Source of the DNA: Octopus vulgaris
Taxonomy: Eukaryota
Length of the DNA stretch: 64,000 bases
Assembly: GCA_951406725.2 (NCBI GenBank)
Contig: OX597829.1
Span: 21,452,001-21,516,000, forward strand
Direction of reading: 5' to 3'
Both the position numbers and the translations under genes were made by a program. This document shows positions 25,107 through 39,435 of the stretch, in pieces (within the stretch, counting starts at the first letter, position 1; every line of letters begins with the position of its first letter). Below the pieces are notes generated by a model that saw nothing but the letters and a program-made list of their open reading frames with translations, was not told the origin of the DNA and did no database searches.

Positions 25107-27213
25107 TATACACTCTGCAGAGTGGTTGGTGTTAGGAAGGGCATCCAGCCATAAAAACCCCGCCAAGAGAGACACAGTAGCCTGGGAGTAGTCTTCTGTC
25201 TGGCCAGGTTCTGTCAAACCGTCCAACCCATGTCTGCATGAAGATGAATGTTAAATGATGATAATACACACACAAATGTATATATTATCCCTTACAGTGA
25301 AAATATTAAATTTCCTATATAACACCAGTTAACTTCATAAAAAATTTGTTAAAACACTGTCATGATTTTTTTTTGACGGGTCACATAATTGTAGGTGAAA
25401 TACATATCAGCTTCCATGCCTTTCCAAGAAGATATTCTATGCAAGTGAACTGACTCGTTAAGAATTTACTGTGTTCTTTGCCACAGTCAAATATGAAAAT
25501 ATTGGATATCCGTTTTGGATGTTAGTCAGACCTGAAGGGCAAGGACCTAGTGAAATTCACAGACTAACAACATATTACTATGACAACTGGCACATATTTT
25601 ATTAACACCAGAAAATTGAAAGATAAGCAGACATCCTGACAGGATGTTAATAACTAATCACATTCACTGAAGTGTATTTATTATTTGTCATAGGTTAAAT
25701 TGGTAAGTGTTCAATTTTATGCTGACAATAAAAATTCAACACAATATATTATTCATATCAGTTTAAAACAGTAAAATTAAACTGTAGTGGAATTTGTAAA
25801 CTTCCAAGGTATCATCTTTGATACTCTCCATTACTCTAGCAGTAATAATGCTAGGTCATCAAATTAGACACTACATCATTTAAAGCTAACTGATGATGTA
25901 AATCTAATCTCCACCTATTGTTCTTTTTTGCTCATAAATTCCAATGCTGTATGTAACAGATTGTTAAACGCTGCTGATAATGAGATTAATTAGTAACAGT
26001 TCTATATTCAAAAGTTTAAAAAATAAGACACCCAACATAAAACAAAATATTTGCCATCCCACATCTACAAAAACTTTGTGTTAGAAAAACCGCTTAAGTT
26101 TTTGAATGATGGTAAAAAGTAAAAACAAAAAAAAAAGTAAAAAAAACAAAAGGTTGGGGGAAAGGAGGAATGTCATTTATACATTGTAATAGAGATATAT
26201 TTACAAAGGAAATCAGTTTGAGAAATAGACATGATGCTTTTTTTGGTTAAGAGGTATGTGGACCTTATGATCATCATCTGTTTTCTATTATGGAATTTGA
26301 CAAGATACAGACTTACCATATCTTGCCATGTAAAGTTATTGTCATATTTGTGAAATCCACTCTAACTTGTATACTAAGTCTAATTCTAGAGATAGCATCT
26401 TCCATCAATTAAAAAAAAAAAAAAAAAGGGTCCTTTTATACATTTTCCACCCAGAGTGCAACACCTGTTCACATTAAATGCCCAGTAGTATTTCTAGTGC
26501 TGTATTCTGTATCGGTTATATAGTGCAGACATGGTCATGTGATTAAGTTCATGCTGCAACCATGTGGTCCTGTACTTGATCTTACTGGAGGACAGCTAGG
26601 ACAAGGGTTTTCTACTGTAAGCTCACGTTGATCAACAGCAGGTGAGTGAAATTTAGCAGAAAATAAACTGAAGAAGCCCTTTCTAAACATACGTGTGCAT
26701 GTATAGTTTTGCTGATGTACACCAGCAAATTGAAAAAAGTGTTCTTGGATAGAAATACTATTGCAATAAATATTTGTTCAACTTGATATCAAAATAGTAC
26801 CTGATCCTTCTCACCATCACAAATATAGAGAATAGGTGATTGGTCATTAGAAAACTAGAACCATTGTTTCACCAATTGTCATGTAAAATAAGCACTAAAT
26901 TCTCTACAGAGTACCAATAACATGCCGCTGCTAGAAAACTGCTACCAACAGAGATAAAAGTTCTCTAAACTTCCTGCTGCCATCTTACAGACATAACGTT
27001 ACTAATTGCAAAGCCACTTTAATGTAGCACGTATTGTTAACCAAACCAATATGGTATATCCAGGTGCAGGCATACCAAATGCCTGGCTACTCCTTATCAG
27101 TTTACACATCTGCTAGTATTTCTGCACCCATTATTTTCACTGTTCCTACTAAGTGGAGTAAAACCACTTTACTGAAGTTGTTAGGGGGGTTTTCTAATTA
27201 CGACTACTGTTGC

Positions 27214-27414
27214 TTAAACCCTTTAGCATTCAGATTATTCGGTCCAAATGTAGTGCTTGTTTGCACTGTTCTGAATTAGCTTTGAGATATTGATGACGAC
27301 TTTATTTTTACAACATTGCAGGGTAGATGTGGGAGGTCACATTTGGTCAGTCTAAACATAAAAAAGGTAGACTATTTGGGCCAGACACGATTGGTTTATA
27401 TACTAAAGGGTTAA
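27214..27414. mobile_element. piggyBac-type MITE downstream of the GABARAP stop
   Basis: ttaa(a)-CCCTTTAGCAT ... ATACTAAAGGG-ttaa. Confidence 0.65.
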
Positions 27415-27706
27415 ATCTTGGCCAGGCTTCTCTACAAGCCCTATCATAAGAAAATAAAAAAATAAAAACCTCTTCAGTGGTTCCAAATATCTCATTTGAA
27501 CAGTTCTAATACAGAACCCCTTTTTTTTTTTGAAGATGACAATAATGAAGTAGAAATCTAGATATTTATAAAATATAAACAAATACAGTGCTAAAAACAA
27601 TTTGTCTTTGCTCAAACTGCATTCCGTTTTTTTTTTTTTTTTAATAGTATGATAAGAGAAACGGTGAAAAGAAACTCAGCACATGACAAAACCATCTTAA
27701 TATCCA

Positions 27707-27712
27707 TTTATT
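27707..27712 (-). terminator. Candidate GABARAP polyadenylation signal (AATAAA)
   Basis: Plus tttatt about 360 nt past the stop, followed on the minus strand by a GU/U-rich tract near 27665-27675. Alternative signals at 27894, 25677 and 25598. Confidence 0.35.
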
Positions 27713-28067
27713 GCAATGTAGTAACAAGCTAACATTCAGTGGGTGTTTGTTTCCGTTTTAAAGTAGATAAAAACTTATAACTATTTCTTGCAAGAAGAAT
27801 TCCTTAACGATAAAGCAAAAAGCAAGCATTATTTCATAGAACTGCAATGTTAGTGATAAAAGGAGCAACCAATGATGGAGTTGTCAGTTGTAGTTTATTC
27901 ATAACAGATTCCACTTACACTGATAATGATTGAGTGTGATAGTTGAGTTACTATCACATGTAGCTTTATATTTACATATCAGCTGCGATTCAAGCAACCA
28001 ACAACTCACAAAATGTAGATAATATAAATAAGAAACAACATTGAATATTAAAAAAAAAGTTTTCAAA

Positions 28068-28133
28068 TTACTGTCCATAGACACTCTCATCGCTATAGGC
28101 AATATATAGGAAAAAATCTTCTTCATGGTGTTC
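28068..28133 (-). CDS. GABARAP: GABARAP/Atg8 family protein, coding exon 3 (aa 97-117 + stop)
   Basis: After a TTCACAG acceptor it reads [24 protein letters not shown]. The lipidation glycine G116 is followed by one residue (Q117), the expected ATG4 cleavage arrangement. Total protein 117 aa. Confidence 0.97.
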   Translation of the reverse strand, partial: [21 protein letters not shown]

Positions 28134-28454
28134 CTGTGAAAATTAAAACAAAAGCAAATGTTAAAAAGAAAAGGAAAAAAAAAACATTAATAGTCTTAAA
28201 CCTTAAATTAAATCGCAGAATCTATACATTCATAACGCAATGTCTTTTATTTCACGAAATATTCCAAATTGGCTTAAAAAGAATTCAAATTTTTCCTTGA
28301 AAAATTATAACCATTTAGAAAACATCGAAATATGTTTAACTTATCACTCCCACATTTCAGACACTAAAGCGTTTAAAGATATAATTATAAGAAGAAAATT
28401 ACTTGAGGAATCTATAAAAAAATTTTTTTTTTTTTTAAAACCCCAGTAAAATCA

Positions 28455-28706
<252 letters not shown>

Positions 28707-29217
28707 TTAAATGGATTCCAGTAGACGACTTCAAATATTTCAACGATGTCGGATGAGAGGCAATATCAACTATATCAAGCATAATTTGAACTCGCGACGT
28801 AGAAGGAAGGATTAAACCAAAAATATGAACATCAAGACTTTTTTCTACCACTCAACTTACCTTCAATGTTTACACTATGAAATTAGATAATTGCTAGAGA
28901 AGTCGAAACTATTTACATAAAATTTTTTTATCATTAGCAATATCACTAAGATGTATATTTTGATTAGGTTGTACTAAATTCCTAATTCTTGGATATAATC
29001 CGTTAATTCTTCCAGATGAAAAAATGTGTACATTTTCCCTTTCCTTCTGACAAAACCAAAATATGTGCAAGGTTGTCAGTCATCAGTTTTAATTATATGA
29101 AAACAAACTTGATAAGAGATTTAACAATCGTTTGCCGAAAATAAATTATCTAGGAAGCAGATATTGTTTGGTATATATGTCAGAGGTTCTTATCATTCAT
29201 TCACACAGAGAGAGAGG

Positions 29218-29580
29218 AATGGCTGTGTTGATAAGACACTTGCTTCCCAATCACATGGTTTCAGGTTCAATCCCACTACATAGCACCTTAGGTAAGCGTC
29301 GTCTATAGCCCCAAGTTAAAGCCTAGAGTAGATTTGACAGACGGAACAGAACCAAGCCTGTCGTATATGTATATATATATATATATGCATATACTAGTGG
29401 GGGGGTACTAGTAACCCCCCTCCCCCACTATAGCTTGACAAGTACTGGTTTGTTTACATCCTTGTAATTTAGCAATTCAACAAAAGAGACCGACAGAATA
29501 AATGGCAGACTTAATAACAAGTACTGGGGTCGATTTGTTCGACTAAACTCTACGCGACGGTGCCCAAGCATGGCCGCACT
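29218..29580 (+). mobile_element. tRNA-derived SINE family B copy in GABARAP intron 1 (antisense to the gene)
   Basis: Diverged match to the head, core and tail of family B. Confidence 0.75.
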
Positions 29581-31394
29581 CTATACAAATATAATTCAAC
29601 AATTATTAAATGGAGTAGCAACAGACTGATGCCATGAGATTTTATAGTGAATAAATTAATCTTATAAAAACTGGCAGCAGTAAATGAGCCACGTAAAATC
29701 GATGTATAATAATAATTCTGGTTTTTAATAATAATAAAAATAATAACCTATGAGGTGACACACTTCCAAAAATGCAATCAATAAAATAGCACGGTTTGGT
29801 TTCACTGATAGAATACAAACATCTAGAATTATGTATTTTTATAAAACTAGAATGACAGAAGAATTGAGAGAGGAGGAGGAGGAGGAGAGAAGTGTGAGGT
29901 AAGAGAGCGTGAGGAGGGAGAGAGAGTGAATGAGAGAGAGAGGGGGAGTATTTCGTCATATCTTAGAATAAACAGATTCATAAATCTTGGCTACTCGGGT
30001 CGAATGAACGAAGTAAATAATTCAAATTCGGTCAGAGACTAGAAAATGGATGTGAATAATAATAATAATAATAATAATAAAATAAATAAATCTAAAGACA
30101 AGCTTACTGAAGGGAATTATTCCAACAAGTAATTTAGAATTAACATTGTTATTGTTAGCAACACAAAAGCCACTTCCTTATGTCATAATTCTAGGATGTG
30201 TTTATTATTTAAAAGAATAAACTGGTCGTAAAATAAATATGGCCAGAGACTGAGCTGTACCAAGCCCGCCTTGGCTAAAATAAAAGAAAAACACTATAGG
30301 TTTTTTAAAAAATAGGCAAAGAAGCTATATTAATCATAATTGCGAGGAACAAAGAAGTCCTTCGCTTTTTTTTCCTTTCTCTAATTCTCTTTCGTGGTTA
30401 CATATTGAGGTAAAACAACACAGGTCAATTATATTTTAAATTAAATTAATTTACACTTGTTCTACAAATAAAAGAAACATTGATGTATATACATTTCCAT
30501 TTTTAACAAAATGAAAAAAAGGTGGAAGAGAGAACCTGTCATGTAATTTATTTGCTTAACAAGGAAGACCATTAAAAATAGGGTATGGTTATATAAAATC
30601 AATGATAAATAAACATATTTATTAACACTGACGAGTTAAAATGGTGATAGTTATAGAGACCAGAAATTTACTTATGTGTGTGCGTAGTTAAATACAGTTG
30701 CAATAGACAGACTGTCAATGAGAGAAAGAAAGAGACAGGTGGATGAGAGAGAGAGGGTGGGAGAGATTTAAAAGAAAGAAGAAAAAAAACCCACTAGTGC
30801 CTTCATATGCAAGAAAACTAGCAATCTAAGTAATATAATGCAGATATTTTAATCTACTTAGAAATCAAATCTGTTACTGGGGAAAATCAAAGCAGGTTCA
30901 AATGGATGTTAATTACAATTTCAGACGAAAACACTTTAACCTTGGCCTTATTTATTATTATTATTTTTCTACATTCTGTTTAAAGGACATAAGTGATAGA
31001 TAATATAATAAACAAGTTTGCCTGCTGATAGAAATTATTACGCAGCATCTCTTCCCCCAAATTAATGCCATTTTTATAATTTTTTTTGTACATAAAATCT
31101 CTCTCAGTATGAGAGAGTTTTACAGACACATCATAAAATTTCTAATAGCGCGCGCAATGATAGCGTCTAGTGGCATCCTTTGGGAAAATGAAATCAATTT
31201 CACCATTTTAAATAGATACCAACCACTTGAGAGCATCATCTGTATCGAATGAAAGAATATACACACTATGTTAGAAGAAGTAATGCACAAAGGCTAAAAA
31301 CTCGGAGTAATGACAGAATGAACCAACATATTCACGTATACGTGTGCGTGAACACACACACACACACACACATAGATACGTGTGTATACACACA

Positions 31395-31456
<62 letters not shown>

Positions 31457-32657
31457 CACGCATTAGATTGATGTCTAAACAGTAGTAGGAATTGATTGAT
31501 AGGCAATTTGAATAATTGGAAAGCAGAAAGCCCCTCCAAAATTATTTCATTTGTCAAAAGATTCTTAATCAGGAAAAGTAAAATAAATGAAAGACTATTT
31601 AAAACACAACAGATATGTGTGTGTGTGTGTGTGTTGTGAGTTTTCACACACACACACACACAAAGCTGCTGATTCACTCAGAGGTTTTTCAATTCATGCG
31701 ATCTTCCAGGCAACAATAGAAACTATCCAAAGGATTATCCGATCCCTCTAACACACACAGGTACAGACGACACCTTTTTGGTTTAACTACCTGAACTGAG
31801 TCCCCCATATCGGATTTAAAATATATTAGCTTATTATGGAAAAAAAAAAAAAAAAAAAAAAAGCAATATAATGTTATTTTCCATGACGAGTATCATATCA
31901 TTTATTCAATGAAATGAATCATCGGCTCATTGTAAACTGAGTATTCCGTACACACCTCGCACCAATCCTGGCTCAACCAATTGACTACCACCAAGTTTTC
32001 AGCAACTTAAGTTTCATATACGAGATCTTGGGTCGTCGATCTGAGGGTAAATTTTAAAAAAATAAAATAAAATGACATTTCCCTCAAGATGCTACAGTGA
32101 GACCGAACCAGGAATCCCGTGATAGGAAAAATAAGATCTTAAGCACTCGGCTTGGTCGCATAAGCATAGTGATATAGGTAGATAGGTAGCTGAGTATTCC
32201 GGAGACAGAATTCAGAGCTGGACATTTATTTGCATGAAGAGCTTATATATAGGTCTATTCTGACACTCTGCCACCATTTTTACTGTTTTCCTTCTACCCA
32301 TTTCCTCAATCAAAGCTGGAGTTGACTGAAAGCTTTGGTTAAATAAATTGCTTAACTAAATACGCAGGTGTGTGATTATATACCTATACATATAACTACA
32401 TGTATAAATATACATACATGCAATTTACACACATATGCATACTTATAATTCAATTATGTCATAGATAAGTGATTTATATATATATATATATATATATACA
32501 CATACACACACATATATACATACATATACACATACATACACACACATATATACATACACATACATACATACACATACATACATACACATAGATACATATA
32601 TATATATATACACGCACACAAAAAATTGCATTATCAATTAAACGTTATAGTCAAAGA

Positions 32658-32722
<65 letters not shown>

Positions 32723-32772
32723 GTGTGTGTGTATTCTTTGGCTATAACGTTTAATTGATAATACAATTTTAT

Positions 32773-32812
<40 letters not shown>

Positions 32813-33031
32813 TGTGTCGATTGAAACTGGACAAACTAACAACCCAAACCTTAGTTTTACTGCCGTTGTGTTAATTAATAACCTCATTTGGTGGACATTT
32901 TAAAATGAAAAATTCTTTTTTTTTTTTTTAAATATTTTTAACACAAAAAAAGAAAAAAAATGGAAAAATCCGCTTATGAGTGTGTTTTTCCCCAACAAAA
33001 ACCAGCCATTACAATAAGCAAGAGAGGAAGA

Positions 33032-33106
<75 letters not shown>

Positions 33107-33110
<4 letters not shown>

Positions 33111-33290
33111 TCTTTATATATATATTTAAGATATATATATGTGTTTCTTTATATATTTAAGATATATATATATATGTTTCTTTATATATATATTTAAGAT
33201 ATATATATATATGTTTCTTTATATATATATTTAAGATATATATAAATATGTATATGTTTCTTTAATATATATTTAAGATATATATATATA
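33107..33290. repeat. AT-rich minisatellite within (TA)n
   Basis: About five copies of gtttcttt(at)n-ttaagat(at)n. Confidence 0.85.
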
Positions 33291-33301
33291 TTTATATATA
33301 G

Positions 33302-33332
<31 letters not shown>

Positions 33333-33333
33333 G

Positions 33334-33364
<31 letters not shown>

Positions 33365-33907
33365 GATATATTAAAGTTAATTTATAAATAAATTAGAAGC
33401 CGTTTTTGTCTTCCTTCCCATCTCGCTTATTATTGTTATATAAATGGTTTAAAATATTTAAAGAGTCATTAAACGATACTAGGAAAAACCTTGGCTCTAG
33501 TCGATCACTCCAGTTGTTAGAAATAATAGCCAAGTCACACTCATAATAATAATAATAATAATACAATGGAGAGAGGAAGGACATATATATCGAGTAATAT
33601 TATAACACCGTTAAGTAAATTAACTAATTACGTCAAATTAATGTAATTAGGCATTATTACACGTAAGGGGGGGGAGAAAAAAACTCCTAATAATAATACA
33701 AAGATATCCACGGATTAAACGAATGTCTGGATTTACAAAGTTCTTCGTTGGCATCAAAGGAAGGAGGGGGGAGCAGGACTAACAACAACAACAACGTTTA
33801 AAGCACAAATAAAGGAGGAAGAAGAAAGAAAGAAAGAAAGAAAGAAAAAGAAGGAAAAAATAACAACAACAACAACAACAACTTGGAACAAAATTAAAAA
33901 ATATTCA

Positions 33908-34015
<108 letters not shown>

Positions 34016-34205
34016 TTAAGACATTCACTAGAAAAACAACGACAGACTTATCAACAAAGATGGCTATCCAATAAATGAGGCTTCTTCGCTCTATTCGCTC
34101 CTGTTATCAAGAGGCTGTAAACATTGTATTCATACGCCGAAACAAAGAACGCCTGCACTCTGTTCCCCCCTCCTCCCTCCTTCACCGCCTCTACCGCCCC
34201 TTGCT
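34016..34205 (-). promoter_or_regulatory. Probable GABARAP 5' UTR / proximal promoter
   Basis: Locally GC/CpG-richer, repeat-free stretch directly upstream of the ATG. Contains CCAAT (34068-34072), forkhead-type GTAAACA (34117-34123) and GC-box CCGCCC (34194-34199). TSS not determinable. Confidence 0.5.
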
Positions 34206-34244
34206 TTTCTTTTTTCTGCATCAACAACAATATAAAAAGAATAT

Positions 34245-34582
34245 GATATATAATAATAAATACATAATATATAGTAACATTAACAAAGTATAATAATCAT
34301 AATAGTAGTAATAGTAATAATGATAATAATAATAATAATAATAATAATGCACTATATGGTAATAACAAAATTTAATATATAATAATTACAATAAATATAA
34401 TAATATAATATATATATAATAATAAATACATAATATATAGTAACATTAACAAAGTATAATAATCATAATAGTAGTAATAGTAATAATAATAATAATAATA
34501 ATGCACTATATGGTAATAACAAAATTTAATATGATATAATAATTACAATAAATATAATAATATAATATATATAATAATATAT
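34245..34582. repeat. AT-rich ~170-bp tandem duplication upstream of the GABARAP promoter
   Basis: aataaatacataatatatagtaacattaacaaag...gcactatatggtaataac...ttacaataaat occurs twice. Confidence 0.85.
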
Positions 34583-34923
34583 ATCGTTAGCAAATAAAAT
34601 ATAATAATAAAATAATATATGATAATAACAACAAAATCAAATAATGATATAATGTATGTTAATAATTATGAGCAATATAGTCTCGGTGAAGCACTGTATT
34701 ATGAATGTTGATATTATTGTTTTTGTAGTTCTTGTCCATTTGTTTTGGGGGGGTTTATGCTTGTTTTCTTTTAATTTCAATGTGAGACTATATTCATCTA
34801 ATTTAATTACTAATACCTACTTTCGTGTTTTTATTTACATTTTGCGCGCATACAGACACAAACACACACACACACACACGCTCACACACGCATATATATA
34901 ATTATACATACATTACACGCACG

Positions 34924-34992
<69 letters not shown>

Positions 34993-35099
34993 TCAGTTTA
35001 ATTATATAAGGCTCACACATTTTAGATATTTAATACATCCGCACGAATATGTGTGTTTATTTCATAAATATTTACATACATATATGAACATATATATAT

Positions 35100-35109
35100 A
35101 CAGATAGAC

Positions 35110-35175
<66 letters not shown>

Positions 35176-35179
35176 ATAG

Positions 35180-35236
<57 letters not shown>

Positions 35237-37159
35237 AGGACCTACAGACAGACAGACAGAAAAAAAGGAGGACGTTTTATTTCAATGAGTTCAAGCAAGA
35301 TAAATGTAATATAGTAAGAGAGGGGGAGGCAGACAGACTTACAAAGAGAGAGAGAGAGAAAATAAAGAGAGAACAAGGAAGGGAATGAGAACGAGAGAGA
35401 GAGGAGGAGAAGAAATAGTACGTCATTGAATGTTTCTAACAACAACTGAAAAACTAAAGTAGTCCCAAAGTCATATGACAATGAGTGTCATGAATATTTA
35501 TATCTTGTAATTATAATTACACCATACAGACTGGCTGGCCAGATTAGTTGCTGTTCAGCCCGAGGTCAATTGTAATTGAGCAATCCAGACACGAATGATC
35601 ACAGACATTCCAGCAGTGACCATCCCATCTTTCTTTTCTTCTTACGGTGGACTTTGTCCATTATCTATATTGGGGTTTTTTTTTTTCCCCGTTTTGTTTT
35701 TTTTTATAAATATGGTTTGAGGTGTGATTTAATAAAATTTGTTTGTTATTCCTCCTGCTAGGTCGACTGAGGAAGTAAACGTTGGCTCATCCCCAGATTA
35801 GTAATGGCATACATACAAAGATTAGGTGTTTCAATGACCGTGTTTACGTAAACATACGGACTGCCACACATATATACATTTACTTAGCTATATCAATATA
35901 TGCTATATAATAAATGTGTGTGTGTATATATATATATATATGTATGTATGTATGCATATATATGTATGTATATATAGATATATGTGTATGTATGTATATA
36001 TATATAGATATATGTGTATGTATGTATATATATATATATGTTTATATATATATATGTGTTTGTGTGTGTATATATGTTTATGTGTGTGTATATATATATA
36101 TATTATTGATTTGTGTTGCTAAACGTTGTGTGTCAATGCTCACACACACACATACCTCTAAGTTACATTATATACACGCGTAGATCTATCGATATATCAT
36201 CATCATCGTTATAGCGTCCACTTTTGCATGCTTGCATGGCCCAGATGGGATTTGTTAGGGTTAAATTTTCTAGGGCCAGATGCCCTTCCTGTTGCCAACT
36301 CTCACCTGTTTCCCAGTAAGGTAGTTTTTTTTGTTTTTTTTTTCGAGGACCAAACAAATATTCATATAAGACTGGAAACGAAGGACACTACTTGCGTGAT
36401 GGTGAGATTTGCATGCAACTATCATGCGATGTCAAGGAGAGAGTAACAAACACGTTCATACACCTACGTCTACACACACACACGCACATACATATATATA
36501 TATATAATTAAGCATATACATACATATACACGCGCGTGCACACACATAAATTTAAGTCACAGTATATGGATTCAAGTAATCCAGTAGCACTCATAAAAAA
36601 AGCTCCTAAATGTATTATTCTACAAAACAGAATATATAGTACAATTCAAGAGAAAATGATAAGGAATGTATTAAAATAATAAATGACAGAGAAATACTTT
36701 GATGAAATTTTATTTAACAATATAGGCGTAGAAGTGACTGTGTGGTAAGTAGCTTGCTTACAAACTACATGGTTCTGGGTTCAGTCCCACTGCATGGCAC
36801 CTTGGGCAAGTGTCTTCTACTACCTCGGGCCGACCAAAGCCACGGAAACTGAAAGAAGCCCGTCGTATATATGTATATGTATATATATATATATGTATGT
36901 ATGTATGTGTATATGTTTGTGTGTCTGTGTTTATACCCCCCTCCCCAAACATCGTTTGACAACCAATACAACCGATAAAATAAGTACTAGGCTTACAAAG
37001 AATAAGTCTTGGGGTCGATTTGCTTGACTAAAGGTGGTACTCCAGCATGGCCACAGTCAAATGACAAACAAATATAATAAGAAAATTCATATCATATATA
37101 ACTTAAAGCATGTAAATAATTTTATTGAAATAAAATTTCATCAAACTGTCATTTATGAC

Positions 37160-37214
<55 letters not shown>

Positions 37215-37235
37215 AGTAATTAGATAAATAGATAG

Positions 37236-37279
<44 letters not shown>

Positions 37280-39227
37280 GGGCAGACAGACAGACAGACA
37301 GAAAAAAAGGAGGACGTTTTATTTCAATGAGTTCAAGCAAGATAAATGTAATATAGTAAGAGAGGGGGAGGCAGACAGACTTACAAAGAGAGAGAGAGAG
37401 AAAATAAAGAGAGAACAAGGGAGGGAATGAGAACGAGAGAGAGAGGAGGAGAAGAAATAGTACGTCATTGAATGTTTCTAACAACAACTGAAAAACTAAA
37501 GTAGTCCCAAAGTCATATGACAATGAGTGTCATGAATATTTATATCTTGTAATTATAATTACACCATACAGACTGGCTGGCCAGATTAGTTGCTGTTCAG
37601 CCCGAGGTCAATTGTAATTGAGCAATCCAGACACGAATGATCACAGACATTCCAGCAGTGACCATCCCATCTTTCTTTTCTTCTTACGGTGGACTTTGTC
37701 CATTATCTATATTGGGTTTTTTTTTTTCCCCGTTTTGTTTTTTTTATAAATATGGTTTGAGGTGTGATTTAATAAAATTTGTTTGTTATTCCTCCTGCTA
37801 GGTCGACTGAGGAAGTAAACGTTGGCTCATCCCCAGATTAGTAATGGCATACATACAAAGATTAGGTGTTTCAATGACCGTGTTTACGTAAACATACGGA
37901 CTGCCACACATATATACATTTACTTAGCTATATCAATATATGCTATATAATAAATGTGTGTGTGTATATATATATATATATATGTATGTATGCATATATA
38001 TGTATGTATATATAGATATATGTGTATGTATGTATATATATATAGATATATGTGTATGTATGTATATATATATATATGTTTATATATATATATGTGTTTG
38101 TGTGTGTATATATGTTTATGTGTGTGTATATATATATATATTATTGATTTGTGTTGCTAAACGTTGTGTGTCAATGCTCACACACACACACACACATACC
38201 TCTAAGTTACATTATATACACGCGTAGATCTATCGATATATCATCATCATCGTTATAGCGTCCACTTTTGCATGCTTGCATGGCCCAGATGGGATTTGTT
38301 AGGGTTAAATTTTCTAGGGCCAGATGCCCTTCCTGTTGCCAACTCTCACCTGTTTCCCAGTAAGGTAGTTTTTTTTGTTTTTTTTTTTCGAGGACCAAAC
38401 AAATATTCATATAAGACTGGAAACGAAGGACACTACTTGCGTGATGGTGAGATTTGCATGCAACTATCATGCGATGTCAAGGAGAGAGTAACAAACACGT
38501 TCATACACCTACGTCTACACACACACACGCACATACATATATATATATATAATTAAGCATATACATACATATACACGCGCGTGCACACACATAAATTTAA
38601 GTCACAGTATATGGATTCAAGTAATCCAGTAGCACTCATAAAAAAAGCTCCTAAATGTATTATTCTACAAAACAGAATATATAGTACAATTCAAGAGAAA
38701 ATGATAAGGAATGTATTAAAATAATAAATGACAGAGAAATACTTTGATGAAATTTTATTTAACAATATAGGCGTAGAAGTGACTGTGTGGTAAGTAGCTT
38801 GCTTACAAACTACATGGTTCTGGGTTCAGTCCCACTGCATGGCACCTTGGGCAAGTGTCTTCTACTACCTCGGGCCGACCAAAGCCACGGAAACTGAAAG
38901 AAGCCCGTCGTATATATGTATATGTATATATATATATATGTATGTATGTATGTGTATATGTTTGTGTGTCTGTGTTTATACCCCCTCCCCAAACATCGTT
39001 TGACAACCAATACAACCGATAAAATAAGTACTAGGCTTACAAAGAATAAGTCTTGGGGTCGATTTGCTTGACTAAAGGTGGTACTCCAGCATGGCCACAG
39101 TCAAATGACTGAAACAAATAAAAGAGTAATAAGAAAATTCTCATATCATGACAAATTGTTTCATAACTTAAAGCATGTAAATAATTTTATTGTTAAATAA
39201 AATTTCATCAAACTGTCATTTATGACT
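35100..39227. repeat. ~2.04-kb near-identical tandem duplication (about 35100-37160 and 37161-39227)
   Basis: The same order of unique sequence, microsatellites, RTE-tail fragment and SINE B (36725-37070, 38770-39130) recurs with an offset of about 2040 nt. Confidence 0.95.
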
Positions 39228-39435
39228 TTATATCTATCTCTATCTATCTATCTATCTATCTGTCTATTTATCTTTCTATCTCTCACCAATCTATCACCAA
39301 TCTCTCACCAGTTGTGAGAGAACTGTGTGGTGTGATAAGTTACAAAGTGACCCCACAAATGCTGGTGCCATGAAAATGCAGCTAGTTAACATTCTGCAAA
39401 GTAATTAACAAATCGAGTAGTACAGTTCTATATAC

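Noticed and set aside
31155-31176. CTCF-like motif (minus gccactagacgcta) in GABARAP intron 1
   Set aside because: It lacks the central G-rich positions of the consensus, so it is only a partial match.
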